Assembly (NCBI GenBank): GCA_965222225.1
Contig: CBDCTK010000002.1
Coordinates: 5,152,001-5,216,000, forward strand
DNA: 64,000 nt
Direction: 5' to 3'
DNA from: Candidatus Poribacteria bacterium
GTDB lineage: Bacteria > Poribacteria > WGA-4E > JAJDTR01
Both the position numbers and the translations under genes were made by a program. The notes under the pieces are model-generated. The model saw nothing but the letters and a program-made list of their open reading frames with translations, was not told where the DNA came from and ran no database searches. This document shows, piece after piece, positions 43,509 through 54,238 of this stretch (its first letter is position 1; every line of letters begins with the position of its first letter).

Positions 43509-44927
43509 CTAGAGGATTTCTACGTCGATCGCGTTTGGTGGTGTTGCGAGCCCTGTCGACATCCCCGCGACGATTACCGCGCGATCCCCACGCTCTGCAA
43601 TCCCGGAATTGAGAACGGCAGCCTTCGCGTTTTCAACCGACTGCTTAAGGCTTGCGGCCCGCTCAATTAAGGTGGGAAAGGTGCCCCAAGACAGCAACGC
43701 CCTACGAAGTGTTGTTTCGCTCCAACTAGACACGATTATGGATGCGAAGGGGCGGTATTTTGCCAGAAGTCGTGCATCCTGTTCAGATTGCGTGCAACAG
43801 ATGATAACCTTCGCACGAATGGCTAAAGCGATGTGGCACGCGGCATGAGCGATTGCACTTGGAATGGGTTTTTCTTCTTCGATTCCCTCTCGCTTCAGAC
43901 GTTCCGTGTAGTCGAGTCCGGCTTCGGTTGCCAAGGCTACGTCAGCCATCATCCGGGTTGCCTTCACGGGGTATTTCCCCACAGCGGTTTCCCCGGAAAG
44001 CATAATCGCATCCGTGCCATCAAAAATCGCATTCGCAACGTCGGTAACTTCCGCGCGCGTCGGGCGGGGGTTATTAATCATTGACTCAAGCATGTGCGTC
44101 GCCGTAATTACCGGCTTACCCAAACGATTTGAAGCACGGGTAATCTCCTTTTGCACGATGGGCACTTCTTGAAGCGGGATCTCCAAACCGAGGTCCCCTC
44201 TGGCAATCATGACGCCGTCTGCCGCTTTGATTATTTCATCAAGGTTGTCTAACGCCTCATGCTTTTCAAGTTTGGCGATAATCGGTATGTCGCCTCCGTT
44301 TTGCCGAATTATCTCCCGTAAGGCGTGCAACTCATCAGCCGAGCGGACAAAAGATTGCGCCATCCAATCGACACCGTGTTCAATCCCGAAGATGACATCT
44401 TTGATGTCTTTCGGTGTTGGAATCGCCTGCTTTAACACGACACTCGGCGCACTGATTCCTTTGTTTGAGCCGAGTTCCCCGCCTACAATGACCTCGCAGG
44501 TAGCATCCGTCTCCGTCGTCGAGGAAACCGCGAGCTCGATTTCCCCGTCAGCCAATAAAATGCTATCGCCGGGCTTCACATCTTGCACCAGTTCTGGACA
44601 CGTTATTGAGACCCCTTCCTCGTCCCCCACTTTTGGTCGCGTCGTGAGAGTAAATTGTGAACCTTGGGATAATTCAACCGGCGGGTTCGCGAATGTGCCT
44701 ATTCGTAACTTTGGTCCCGACAAATCTTGCAGAATCGGCAAAGGCATCTTCCGCTGTTGGGACACTTGGCGCATCCGAGCAATCAGTTGAGCGTGGTCTT
44801 CATGCGATCCGTGGGAAAAACTAAGCCGAGCGATATCCATACCCGAGTCGATTAGGGCGTGTATCTTTTTGGTCGAGTTGCTAGCCGAACCAAGCGTGCA
44901 AACAATTTTTGTGCGTTTTCGTTTCAT
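43509..44927 (-). CDS. pyk: pyruvate kinase
   Basis: 'RTKIVCTLG', 'DLSGPKLRIG', 'IAKLEK', 'MIARGDLG', 'PTRAEVTDVANAI', 'MLSGETA'. Confidence 0.96.
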   Translation of the reverse strand: MKRKRTKIVCTLGSASNSTKKIHALIDSGMDIARLSFSHGSHEDHAQLIARMRQVSQQRKMPLPILQDLSGPKLRIGTFANPPVELSQGSQFTLTTRPKVGDEEGVSITCPELVQDVKPGDSILLADGEIELAVSSTTETDATCEVIVGGELGSNKGISAPSVVLKQAIPTPKDIKDVIFGIEHGVDWMAQSFVRSADELHALREIIRQNGGDIPIIAKLEKHEALDNLDEIIKAADGVMIARGDLGLEIPLQEVPIVQKEITRASNRLGKPVITATHMLESMINNPRPTRAEVTDVANAIFDGTDAIMLSGETAVGKYPVKATRMMADVALATEAGLDYTERLKREGIEEEKPIPSAIAHAACHIALAIRAKVIICCTQSEQDARLLAKYRPFASIIVSSWSETTLRRALLSWGTFPTLIERAASLKQSVENAKAAVLNSGIAERGDRAVIVAGMSTGLATPPNAIDVEIL

Positions 44928-45063
44928 CGTCTATCACATGCCTTTGCACATATCCTTGCGTTTCAAATGTCCGTGCGCAAGTATGAAATTGCATAGCGTT
45001 AATATTCCAAAACCGGATTATACAACAATTTGCCTTGGATTGAAAGAACAAATCATAGTGTGC

Positions 45064-45444
45064 GTAGGTTGGGTTGAACGGAAATCCATAAGAAGTCGCA
45101 GGCAGGAGAAGGCATTCCGAAGAATTATTTCCCCCTGAAATCACTGAAACTCAAGTGAAACCCAACACCTCATCGCACATGCTGTGCCTGTAGGGGCTAT
45201 CGACAATCATCAAATCGTCGATAGCCCCTCTTACCAGCCTTCTTGCCGAGCTGTAGGAGCGATCTCCGAATCGCGACGAAACCGATCAACCGAGTGAATA
45301 ACGAGGGCGATAGAAATCCCTTTTTTCTTCAAAACTCGGTTTCTCCTTCTGCGTAGAGAATAACGATCAAGCGAGCGAATAGGGAGCGATCAAAAGAGCG
45401 AACAGCGACTGCGATAGAGTTCCCATAGAGATCCCCGCTATTCC
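45064..45444 (+). repeat. mosaic of three REP families and 37-bp units
   Basis: REPs at 45064, 45190 and 45253; units at 45284-45320 and nested at 45365/45388-45436. Confidence 0.85.
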
Positions 45445-45645
45445 TCACTTAAACCCCACTCGGTTGAGCAGAATCACGACGATTAGGATGAAGATGACGT
45501 TGAAGAAGGGAAATATGATGGTGGGAACTACCTGATACTCGTAGTCTTGGCGGGATATGACTAACCAGTAACAGTTGATTGGGATGAGGAACAACCCCAA
45601 CACAATGATCCGGAATGAAACCGCGTATGGCTGCTTTCGATTCAA
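45445..45645 (-). pseudogene. N-terminal fragment of a polytopic membrane protein (DUF6785-like)
   Basis: Two TM helices 'IVLGLFLIPINCYW...PFFNVIFIL'; ends abruptly at the repeat cluster. Family assignment from memory. Confidence 0.5.
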
Positions 45646-45732
45646 TACAATTTGCTTAGTTCTCTAAGACTGACCGTCCTGAATTACATTGACAGTTTTA
45701 TTACGCATTACCCATTACGTATTATTTCTTAC

Positions 45733-46783
45733 TCATAGCGAATCCGCTCCGTCCGTCAGCCACTCCAAGTCGAAACGCGCAAACGAGATGTCCCCGCTGT
45801 AGGTGCTAATCCCTTTGCCATCCCTGTTTCCTTTTTCATAGAGACAACAAATGCTGCCATCCGGCGCGATGCAAAGATCGGAGTACGATGAAGGTCCCTC
45901 GCAAATGACCTTCGATACCGGCCAGGTTCGGCATTCATCGTAGCTTAGGCGTATCGTAAGATGGTTCCTATCATGCTGTTGTGCGCTCCCCGGATTCGTG
46001 AAGAGCACGCGGTTTTTCTCTTGTCCCGGAGGTCCATCTTCCGCGAGCGTATACCGGCAAACGTTCGCTTGACATCTGGGTTCCGGAAGACCGGCGTCAC
46101 TGAGACTGGGCGAAAAACTCTCGCCGCCGTCCTTACTCCAAGCCACTCGGCGGTGATAAGTCATGTTCTCCCTAGAACAGTATTGGTTGCGCGAATTGAT
46201 ATAGAGCCATCCATCGGCGGTTTCCAATACCGTTGACTCGTTGGTATGCCTGTCGGCACTTCCGCCCAACTCCCAGCTTGCGCCGTGGTCGTCACTGTAG
46301 ATGATGTGCGAGTTGTCATAGTCATCTTCATCTTCCACATTCTGTTTCATCTCCCTGTGATTGGCGGGGATCACTATGCGCCCGCTTCGCATTTGAATGC
46401 CGTGGCAGGGTCCTGTGGCATACCATGTCGCCCAGTGGGGAGGCCTTACCGAAGCGGTGATTTCCTCGGGTTCATTCCAAGTTTCTCCGTCATCGTTGCT
46501 GCTTGTCACCCAGACGCTGCGTGGAACTTCGAGCGTAGAGATTTTCTCGGTTCGGTTTCTGCAGAACAAGAGCCATATCGTGCCGGTGGTTCTATCCTGC
46601 ACCAGAGCCGGATTGCCGGAGACCCAGCCGTCCTTGGTAGTAACAACCTGCACATCCTCTAAATTTTCTAGCCTCATTGAAGGCTAGAATCGTTCCATTC
46701 GCTGTGGTGAGCAGTGCTGGAATCCTGCACTCATGGTATCCAAAGTCCCCGGCTTCATACAGATTATATTCCTGAAAAAACAT
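45733..46783 (-). pseudogene. GH33 sialidase-like gene with internal frameshifting deletion
   Basis: 'CRIPALL...LAFNEARK' in one frame and four Asp-boxes (SxDxGxTW-like) in another; the first Asp-box is missing at ~46657. Confidence 0.8.
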
Positions 46784-47172
46784 ACTCCCCCTCGGTTTTG
46801 TACTATTAGATTTTACGAACCGCGGTTTGGCCTTAGCCCGTAGGTTGGGTTGAACACAATGGAACTCAACTATTTACCTGCCTGATTTCCACTTTTCTCT
46901 TAGATGGAATCTTTAAGGAGCATTAGGACACCGATGAGGTGTTTTTAATTTTCCACACGTCCGCCCCGGAGGGGCGAAATGTCTGTAGAGTAGGATATGT
47001 CCAAACTGCTGCGCTCCAGCGGAGCGCAATCGACTCGCGAAATTCTGTATGAATCTGGTTTACCCACGATGCGGACAATTCAATCCGCGCAATCCCCTAA
47101 TCCTCTCAATCCGCGATTCAGACAATTGCAAGAAACCCCTTCGCAAATGACCGACTATGTCTTTACCGCCCA

Positions 47173-48015
47173 TTATTCAGACAGGTTCTTAACTTCGCCC
47201 CACGTCAGAGCCAATTTCCCGTATGAGTCTACTGCAAACGAGGTCATGTTCGCCGAAACCTCCTCTTGGGTCAGTGCTCTATTCCAAAACCGCACCTCAT
47301 CAAATTTCACGGGATAAAAAACATCCAGATGATTTGCCAGCCAGATCTTCGTCCGAGCTTTATCGTCGCCCGGTTTGCTGTTGAGCGACCTCGTGAGATC
47401 TTCCGCCTCTCCCGCCAAGTTGCCGTCAATATATAATCGGAGTTGCTTGTTGTCCTCGTCACGTACGGCGGCGATGTGGTGCCACACCCCATCGTTAATC
47501 TTCGGTCTCTCTGCTATCGCGCCATCCTTGCCATCGTTGACAAATCCATTCACATTCACTACAAAGAATCGAAGCAGATCCTCATTCAACAAGAGAATCG
47601 TCCAGTGCCCCTGAAAGTGGGTTTTGGGACCAAACCCTCCGATGATACCAAGCCCGACAAACCGATCTACGGGCGGGGGGATGCCCTGCGCCCGAGTTTG
47701 GATCCATAACTCGGCAGTGAAGGAGTTCCTCTCCGCCTCAATCATTTCATCAGTCAGCTCGATTTCCACAAAGCCACTTGTGCCATTGAGTTCCAGAGCC
47801 CTCGCGTGGACACCTGACGGAATCACTTTTGTGCCGCCGACGAGTTTTCCGCCTTTCGTTTTGCCCGTTACATCCGTCGTGACCCTGCCGGTGTCATTGT
47901 CAAAAGTGAGGTAAAGTAGAAGACTGTCATCAATGCCTTCCACAGGCAAAACGACTGCTATCAGAAGCATGAGAGTCGTCATCCCGACAGATAGACTCTG
48001 CGTTGCTGTTATCAT
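47173..48015 (-). CDS. secreted LamG/concanavalin-like protein
   Basis: Signal peptide; 'LLLYLTFD', 'WHHIAAVRD', 'LYIDG', 'DEVRFWNRAL'; tail 'AVDSYGKLALTWGEVK'. Confidence 0.85.
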   Translation of the reverse strand: MITATQSLSVGMTTLMLLIAVVLPVEGIDDSLLLYLTFDNDTGRVTTDVTGKTKGGKLVGGTKVIPSGVHARALELNGTSGFVEIELTDEMIEAERNSFTAELWIQTRAQGIPPPVDRFVGLGIIGGFGPKTHFQGHWTILLLNEDLLRFFVVNVNGFVNDGKDGAIAERPKINDGVWHHIAAVRDEDNKQLRLYIDGNLAGEAEDLTRSLNSKPGDDKARTKIWLANHLDVFYPVKFDEVRFWNRALTQEEVSANMTSFAVDSYGKLALTWGEVKNLSE

Positions 48016-48133
48016 TTGTCCCCCTTATTCCTTTGTATTCCTCCCCACATCGGGGGTAACCTCTCCAAACAGGTTTACCAAGAACCAATTTATAGTTGCC
48101 ACAATCTCGTCGGCGCTCAATTTGCACTAGTCA

Positions 48134-48940
48134 TTAACCACGGTCTTTATGACGCGCCTTAATCTCGCCCCACATCAGGGGCAGCTTATCCAAAGCGCTG
48201 ACCGAAAACCACGTCATGTTTTTTAAAATCTCATCGGCGCTCAGGGCTTTATTCCAGAACCGCACTTCATCAAATTTCACGGACCAAAATACTTCAAGAT
48301 GATTCCCCAACCAGATTTTCCTTCGAGCCTTGGGGTCATCTGATTTGCTGTTGAGCGCTCTCGTAATATCCTGCGCTTCTCCCGCCAAGGCGCCATCTAT
48401 ATAAACTCGGAGTTGCTTGTTGTCCTCGTCGCGGACAGCAACCACATGGTGCCAGGCACCATCGTTGACCACCGGCCTATCTATTAACACGCCATCCTTG
48501 CCGTCATTGGAATGTTGACTGGCATTGACTACATTGAATTGCAGGATATCGTTCTCTAACATAAACAGCGTCCAGTGTCCCTGAAAGTGGTCTTTGGGCC
48601 CAAATCCTCCGAAGATACCAAGCCCGATAAACCATTGCCCAGCCTCCGGAATGCCCTGTGCACGAGTTTGCATCCATAGCTCGGCGGTAAAGGAGTCTCT
48701 CTCCGCCTCAATCATCTCAGGGCTCAGTTCAATCTCCACATAGCCGTTTACTCCGTTGAGTTCCAGTGCCCTGGAACGAACGCCGGATGTGATAGTTTTT
48801 GTGCCCCCGACAAGTTTTCCGCCTTTTGTCTTTCCCGTTGTATCCTTTGCAATCCTGCCCGTGTCGCTGTCAAAGGTAAGGTAAAGTAACAAACTTTCAT
48901 CGAGCGCATGCGTGGGCAAAGCCGTCGCAACCAGTAACAA
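48134..48940 (-). CDS. secreted LamG-like protein, tandem paralogue
   Basis: Closely similar to 47173-48015. The hydrophobic signal extends upstream of the called start without an in-frame ATG, so the start is uncertain. Confidence 0.8.
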   Translation of the reverse strand: MLLVATALPTHALDESLLLYLTFDSDTGRIAKDTTGKTKGGKLVGGTKTITSGVRSRALELNGVNGYVEIELSPEMIEAERDSFTAELWMQTRAQGIPEAGQWFIGLGIFGGFGPKDHFQGHWTLFMLENDILQFNVVNASQHSNDGKDGVLIDRPVVNDGAWHHVVAVRDEDNKQLRVYIDGALAGEAQDITRALNSKSDDPKARRKIWLGNHLEVFWSVKFDEVRFWNKALSADEILKNMTWFSVSALDKLPLMWGEIKARHKDRG

Positions 48941-49077
48941 GCCGACTGTCAGTCCGATTAGCCAATTCGTCTCCTTATCTTGTCATCTTACGCACTTTTC
49001 CCTTTTAAATTTTGAACGCGATTCCCTCACCCCAACATCTACTGCGGATCCAAAAGCTAAGGCAAGACGACAATCTC

Positions 49078-49947
49078 TTAATACGTCTTCTTCAACCTTC
49101 CCCAAGTTGTCGTCAACTTGTCGGTAGGATCGACAGCTTGGGAGGCACGCGGATGCCTGAAATTTTCGAGAACCTCGTTCTCGTCCAACTCCCTGTCATA
49201 CATTCTGATAAGACTAATCGAGCCATTAAGGACACGATTATCGGGATCGGCGACATCCGATCTGAAAGCCGTGATACGCTTCACCTCTGACTTATCGTCG
49301 TAACTTTGATTAGTGGGATCTTCGCTGAGAAACTTGCCATCAATATAGGATTGCAATGAGCGGGAACGACTGTCGAAAGTAAATACAACATGACGCCATC
49401 TCTTTGCTCCGATGTCGAGACCGTTAGGTGCGATATGATCGGTACCATTCGCACCACCGCCTTTTTCGGTGATGAGCGTCGCGCGGATGTGACCGGTCTC
49501 GGCGCCGTCGAATCGGAGGAGAATACTTTGTTTGAAGGGCCAGGGACGATCCGCCATACCGAAGATTTGATGTTCCCCGCCGCCAACCGCTGGCCCCTTG
49601 CGCTTCACCCAAATCTCTATAGTCCAGTCTTCAAAGAAGAGAGATATTCCGGCTTGGCCGTAGGATTGTCCCGCTTTATCGGCAGTGTAAGCAGGTCCGC
49701 CATTTGGCCCCGCATTTTGTTCCAATTTTGCTCCCCCTCCGCGACTGGGCAACTGACCGCCTGCCGTACCCAGATTGGTCCAAGCATTTGGGTGTGCCAG
49801 ATTGTCGGCGGCATCAAGATAAAGGATGGGTTTGGGGACATAACCTGCCGCCATCGGGACTGCCATTGCCAACAGAACACCCATGCCGAGAAAGTGTGCT
49901 ATCTTCATGTGTTTCATATTAATTCGCCGCATTCTCCTGCCTTTCAA
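49078..49947 (-). CDS. secreted LamG-like protein
   Basis: 'ILYLDAAD', 'WTIEIW', 'WRHVVFTFD', 'IRMYDREL'; tail 'AVDPTDKLTTTWGRLK'. Confidence 0.82.
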   Translation of the reverse strand: MKGRRMRRINMKHMKIAHFLGMGVLLAMAVPMAAGYVPKPILYLDAADNLAHPNAWTNLGTAGGQLPSRGGGAKLEQNAGPNGGPAYTADKAGQSYGQAGISLFFEDWTIEIWVKRKGPAVGGGEHQIFGMADRPWPFKQSILLRFDGAETGHIRATLITEKGGGANGTDHIAPNGLDIGAKRWRHVVFTFDSRSRSLQSYIDGKFLSEDPTNQSYDDKSEVKRITAFRSDVADPDNRVLNGSISLIRMYDRELDENEVLENFRHPRASQAVDPTDKLTTTWGRLKKTY

Positions 49948-50100
49948 TAATGCGACTTACCTGTTAGATTTGTCGCAGCGAATTTCACTGCGCGTCTTCT
50001 GTAGAAACAATCTAGAGATCCCTCCTCAAACCCCGAAAAATGACTATAGTCATCTGTCATTAAAAAAAAGCTTCAAAAAAGCAAAGCATTTTCACATATA

Positions 50101-50147
50101 AAAAACCCAAGTTTCGAAGCAGCGTCGCCGCAGTCGAAACTTGGGTT
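50101..50147 (-). terminator. intrinsic terminator
   Basis: AACCCAAGTTTCGA...TCGAAACTTGGGTT stem with a T-run on the minus strand, after 50183-51028. Confidence 0.7.
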
Positions 50148-50182
50148 AAAGAACGTGAGTCCTAGCCTAACCGAAACCTGGA

Positions 50183-51028
50183 TTAATAACTTCCCGCTTT
50201 TACACGGCTCCAAGTTGTGGCAAGTTTGTCGCTCACCTCGACAGCCGTACCAAACTCACCAGTGTCAACCACTCTGTCCCACATTGTGACACTAGCGATT
50301 GAACCGCCAAAGCCGCGGCAAGGATTGTCCCCCGGAATCAGGAAAATTCCAATCACATCAAACGGGATTGTGTCGTCGAAGTCCTGGATAGTCTCGAACT
50401 CGCTGTGCTCCTCACCGTTGACGTACGTCTTCATTACGCCGTCATCATTGTTGAACGTAGTGGTTAGCACTGCCCACTCGCCGAACGGAAGCGTTGCGAC
50501 GGGGAAAAGATGTTGATTATTGTCTATACCACCAGATTTGGCTGCGGCGAGCGTGATTCGCAGGTCCGACGCCGAGAAATCCGGAGGATCGCCAAGCTCG
50601 AAGCGATACCCAATCCACTGACCGAAGGGCCAACCCTGATCGACCATACCGATCAAGTGATGTTCTCCGCCGCCCTCATTGACATCAACTGCGGGTCCGT
50701 TCTGTTTCGCGACAACTTGGAGTGTCCAACTTGCGACCAAAAGTTCAGGCCTGCCGTCCAATTCGTCGTCCGCGGTAGAGAAGCTGTGGCCGCATTCGGT
50801 TGAAGTATAAGCTGCGGTGCCGCCTGGTCCCGCATTTCTCTCCCAATCCGGTCTTCCATCGCCGGTTGGCACCACACCACCGGCGCTGCCGGTGTTCGTC
50901 CAGCCATCCTTGGAATCGTCATCTTGGTTGGCGTCTAAATCAAGTATGGGTGGTTGAGCTAGCGCGATGGGGCTAACTACCGCAAGAAGAAATCCCACGG
51001 TAAGGATTGTTGCAATTCTTGTAAACAT
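50183..51028 (-). CDS. secreted LamG-like protein
   Basis: Signal peptide; shares 'WTN.G.AGG', 'NAGP.G', 'GGEH' and 'WPF.Q' with 49078-49947; tail 'AVEVSDKLATTWSRVK'. Confidence 0.8.
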   Translation of the reverse strand: MFTRIATILTVGFLLAVVSPIALAQPPILDLDANQDDDSKDGWTNTGSAGGVVPTGDGRPDWERNAGPGGTAAYTSTECGHSFSTADDELDGRPELLVASWTLQVVAKQNGPAVDVNEGGGEHHLIGMVDQGWPFGQWIGYRFELGDPPDFSASDLRITLAAAKSGGIDNNQHLFPVATLPFGEWAVLTTTFNNDDGVMKTYVNGEEHSEFETIQDFDDTIPFDVIGIFLIPGDNPCRGFGGSIASVTMWDRVVDTGEFGTAVEVSDKLATTWSRVKAGSY

Positions 51029-51543
51029 TTTTTATAGTTATCCTTTCCTAAAGAGTTTTAACGAGTTTCCACCCATCTTAATGGGGAAATTTGAACACCT
51101 GTAACTTTCAGAAACGTTAACTACTCACAAATGTTTGAGTATATATTACGTTGATAAAGTAAGTCAAGAGAAAAAAGTCCACCGAACCTGATTCCAGAAA
51201 CTCGAAAATCATCAAATCCTCAATTTCCCCTTGTCTTCAAATGTGTACGGCGCTTTAGGACTTACGACCTTTTGACTGTAGGGAATGCAGAACTGCGTTC
51301 TCTACTCGCCTTTCATCATTGCCCGTGCTGGTCACTTTTTAACCGGTCTCTCCACTTCTTTTTTCATTGCACCTCCGTTACAGCTCAAAGTAGACGACAC
51401 TTCGGCAACCAAGAACCAAATGATTCTCCTCAGAAAAAGCCATCACCTCTTGATTTTTAACACTTAGTCCCCTATAATAAACAACGACATAGTTATCCAT
51501 GACAATTTGGTACTGTTAATCTTAAATACTTGGGAGAAAACAT

Positions 51544-52674
51544 ATGACCACAACCTATCGCGCTGGCGCCATTGGTAGGACAGGCGGAGGCGATTTTGGT
51601 CACGGCTTGGACGTAGCCTACGAGGGAATCCCGAATGTAAAATTTATAGCTGTAGCGGATCCTGATCCGAACGGTCGTCAGACAGCTGTTGAGCGAACAG
51701 GCGCTGAGCAATCATACGCTGATTACAGAGAAATGCTAGAGAAGGCGAATCTGGATGTGGTCAGCGTTTGCCCGCGCTGGATCGACTGCCACGCAGAAAT
51801 GGTGATCGCCTGCGCCGAAGCCGGAGTAAAAGGCATTTTCTGTGAAAAACCATTGGCGCGAACATTGGTTGAAGCCGACGCGATGGTTGATGCGTGCGAG
51901 CGCAATCGAGTAAAGATGGCGGTGGCGCATCGGCGAGCAAGCGGCTATGAGCAGCACGCCAAGAAGCTGGTTGATGCCGGCGAAATCGGCGAAATCCGCG
52001 TGATGCGCGGGCACGGCAAGGACGATCGCCGCGCGGGCGCTATGGATTTGATGGTCTTGGGAACGCATATCCTGGATAGCATGCGTTTTTTCGCGGGTTC
52101 TGAGGTTGCTTGGGCGCATGGGCACGTCACCCAAAACGGAAAGGAGATAAGCCTTGGAGATGTCCGAGAGGGTGATGAGCAAGTTGGTCTCCTCGCTGGA
52201 AATGGCGCATCGGGGTATTACGTTTTCAAAAACGGAATACGAGCATCCTATGAATCTCACGTCGGCATATCACCCGGGCGTGTAGACGCGGCGCGTTGGT
52301 TCGGGTTTGAGGTGTATGGCAGTGAGGGAATTATCTCACTCCGAAACTCTCCCAAAGGAGAGATGTACATCTATCCCTACGGCACTTGGATTCCGGGCGA
52401 AGAAAACGGTAAATGGGAACGTGTCCTCCTTGAGGAATGGGAAAATGCACCGGAGGGCGATACGCAGCGCAGCAACCGGATGATTGTCGAAGAGCTCATC
52501 CAAGCCATAGAAGAGGATGGCGAAGTACGCAATTGTTCGAGTGGACGCGCCGCGCGCGCCGCCCTTGAGATGATTATGGCTGTTCACGAATCTCAGCGGT
52601 TGGGGACGCGCGTGTCTTTTCCGCTTGAAAACCGCGAGAATCCGTATGAAGTTTGGCGGAGAGAAGCGAAATAA
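51544..52674 (+). CDS. Gfo/Idh/MocA oxidoreductase
   Basis: 'IFCEKP', 'LGTHILD', 'AALEMIMAVHES'. Confidence 0.9.
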   Translation: MTTTYRAGAIGRTGGGDFGHGLDVAYEGIPNVKFIAVADPDPNGRQTAVERTGAEQSYADYREMLEKANLDVVSVCPRWIDCHAEMVIACAEAGVKGIFCEKPLARTLVEADAMVDACERNRVKMAVAHRRASGYEQHAKKLVDAGEIGEIRVMRGHGKDDRRAGAMDLMVLGTHILDSMRFFAGSEVAWAHGHVTQNGKEISLGDVREGDEQVGLLAGNGASGYYVFKNGIRASYESHVGISPGRVDAARWFGFEVYGSEGIISLRNSPKGEMYIYPYGTWIPGEENGKWERVLLEEWENAPEGDTQRSNRMIVEELIQAIEEDGEVRNCSSGRAARAALEMIMAVHESQRLGTRVSFPLENRENPYEVWRREAK

Positions 52675-52913
52675 ATCGAGATTTGCGATCGGCGCACCTA
52701 CAATGAGTGTGTCAAGCGTGGCGAAATCTCACTGAACCGTTCAGGGGGTTTTCAGACTTTTGAGATAATAATTAGGATTTACGCAAGTTACCCTGATTCA
52801 TGCGCATTGGAACAAGCCCTATTCAAGACTGTTGCACACACTCTTGAAATGAACCGAGCTTCCCTTCGCGCGTGAATGGGGTTGTAGATATACCATTTTA
52901 TGGAGGAAGATTT

Positions 52914-53936
52914 ATGGCATTCTATCGTGCGGCTGTAATCGGATGCGGCCGGATTGGCAGTACTATCGACGACGAGCAGCGCGATCGTCCGCAATTTCGC
53001 TACCCATGGGCACACGCACCGGCATACGTGGAAGCGAAGGGCGTGGACTTGATAGCTGGCGCCGACCTTTCGAAAGACCAGCTTGAGGATTTCAAGCGTC
53101 GTTGGAACGTCACCGCGCTCTACACCGACTATAAGGAGATGCTCGTTAAGGAAAAGCCGGATATCATCAGTGTCACAACCAAGACTACGGAGCGGGCGGA
53201 GGTAGTCATCACGGCTGCTGAAGCGGGGGTCAAAGCAATCTATGCGACCAAACCGATGTGCCAAACGCTGGCAGAGGCGGATGCAATGATTGAGGCATGT
53301 CGAAGACACGGCGTCATTCTTGCCATGGCGTGCCACAAGAACTGGAGCCCATGGTTACAGGCGTGCCTGCGGTGCATCAGGAAGGGAGACATCGGAGAGT
53401 TCTCCTCCATGGTTGCCAACTACAGTTGGAGTTTTAACGGCGGACATAGTCACACACTTGCGCTATTCCGCCAGTTTGCAGACGCGCCGGCAAAATGGGT
53501 GTTCGGTCACATGGACAGCGATGAAGCAGCCGCGGGAGAGAAAGACTTGCGAGGAACGGGCATGATCCTCTACGAGAATGGAATTCGGGGATTCCTGAAC
53601 ACCGGTGGCTGGTTAAACATTGACTTTATAGGGCGTGATGGGTGGTTCAGTTGCAGGAACGAACACGCCGATTTTGAGATGTGGGGCCGCCACCCGGACA
53701 CACGCGAACCCATCCGCCGTCAGTTTCCAAATCCGAAACGCCCCAGGAGTTCTCAACAAGCCGCTGTCGAAGGAATCGTCAAGAATCTCGACGAAGGTAC
53801 AGAGCCGCTCTGCCCGGGGGAATTCGGACGCGAAGCCCTCGAAATCGCAGTCGCGTTGCGGGAATCGCACCGGCGCGGTGGAGAGAAGATTGAACTTCCC
53901 GTGGCTGATCGGAGTCTGGGTTTCCAAAATCATTGA
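52914..53936 (+). CDS. Gfo/Idh/MocA oxidoreductase
   Basis: 'AAVIGCGRIG', 'YATKP', 'ALEIAVALRES'; GGAGG RBS before ATG 52914. Confidence 0.88.
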   Translation: MAFYRAAVIGCGRIGSTIDDEQRDRPQFRYPWAHAPAYVEAKGVDLIAGADLSKDQLEDFKRRWNVTALYTDYKEMLVKEKPDIISVTTKTTERAEVVITAAEAGVKAIYATKPMCQTLAEADAMIEACRRHGVILAMACHKNWSPWLQACLRCIRKGDIGEFSSMVANYSWSFNGGHSHTLALFRQFADAPAKWVFGHMDSDEAAAGEKDLRGTGMILYENGIRGFLNTGGWLNIDFIGRDGWFSCRNEHADFEMWGRHPDTREPIRRQFPNPKRPRSSQQAAVEGIVKNLDEGTEPLCPGEFGREALEIAVALRESHRRGGEKIELPVADRSLGFQNH

Positions 53937-53937
53937 C

Positions 53938-54050
53938 AATCAAGCGAGCGAATAGGATCAACTGAGCGGATAGATCAAGGGACTGAATAAGGAGTGCGAT
54001 AGAGATCCCGCCAGTATATTTGTAGGGTGCGCACCGCGCACCAGCCTTTG
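53938..54050 (+). repeat. two left halves, full 37-bp unit and a REP
   Basis: AATCAA at 53938, GATCAA at 53956, full unit at 53973-54009, GTAG REP at 54022. Confidence 0.85.
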
Positions 54051-54238
54051 ATAGTGCTCATCCTCAAATTACGGGGAATGGCACCTGTTATTCAGACAGG
54101 CTCCGGAACTACGCGAAGCAAACACAGGTAGCTCGCCAAGACGGTGCTTCGCCCCCTTGGTACGCTACTTTGGAGGCATGACCCCACAGGATTTTCGACA
54201 CATTTGTAGTACGAATACAAAATCTAACGAGGTGAAAC

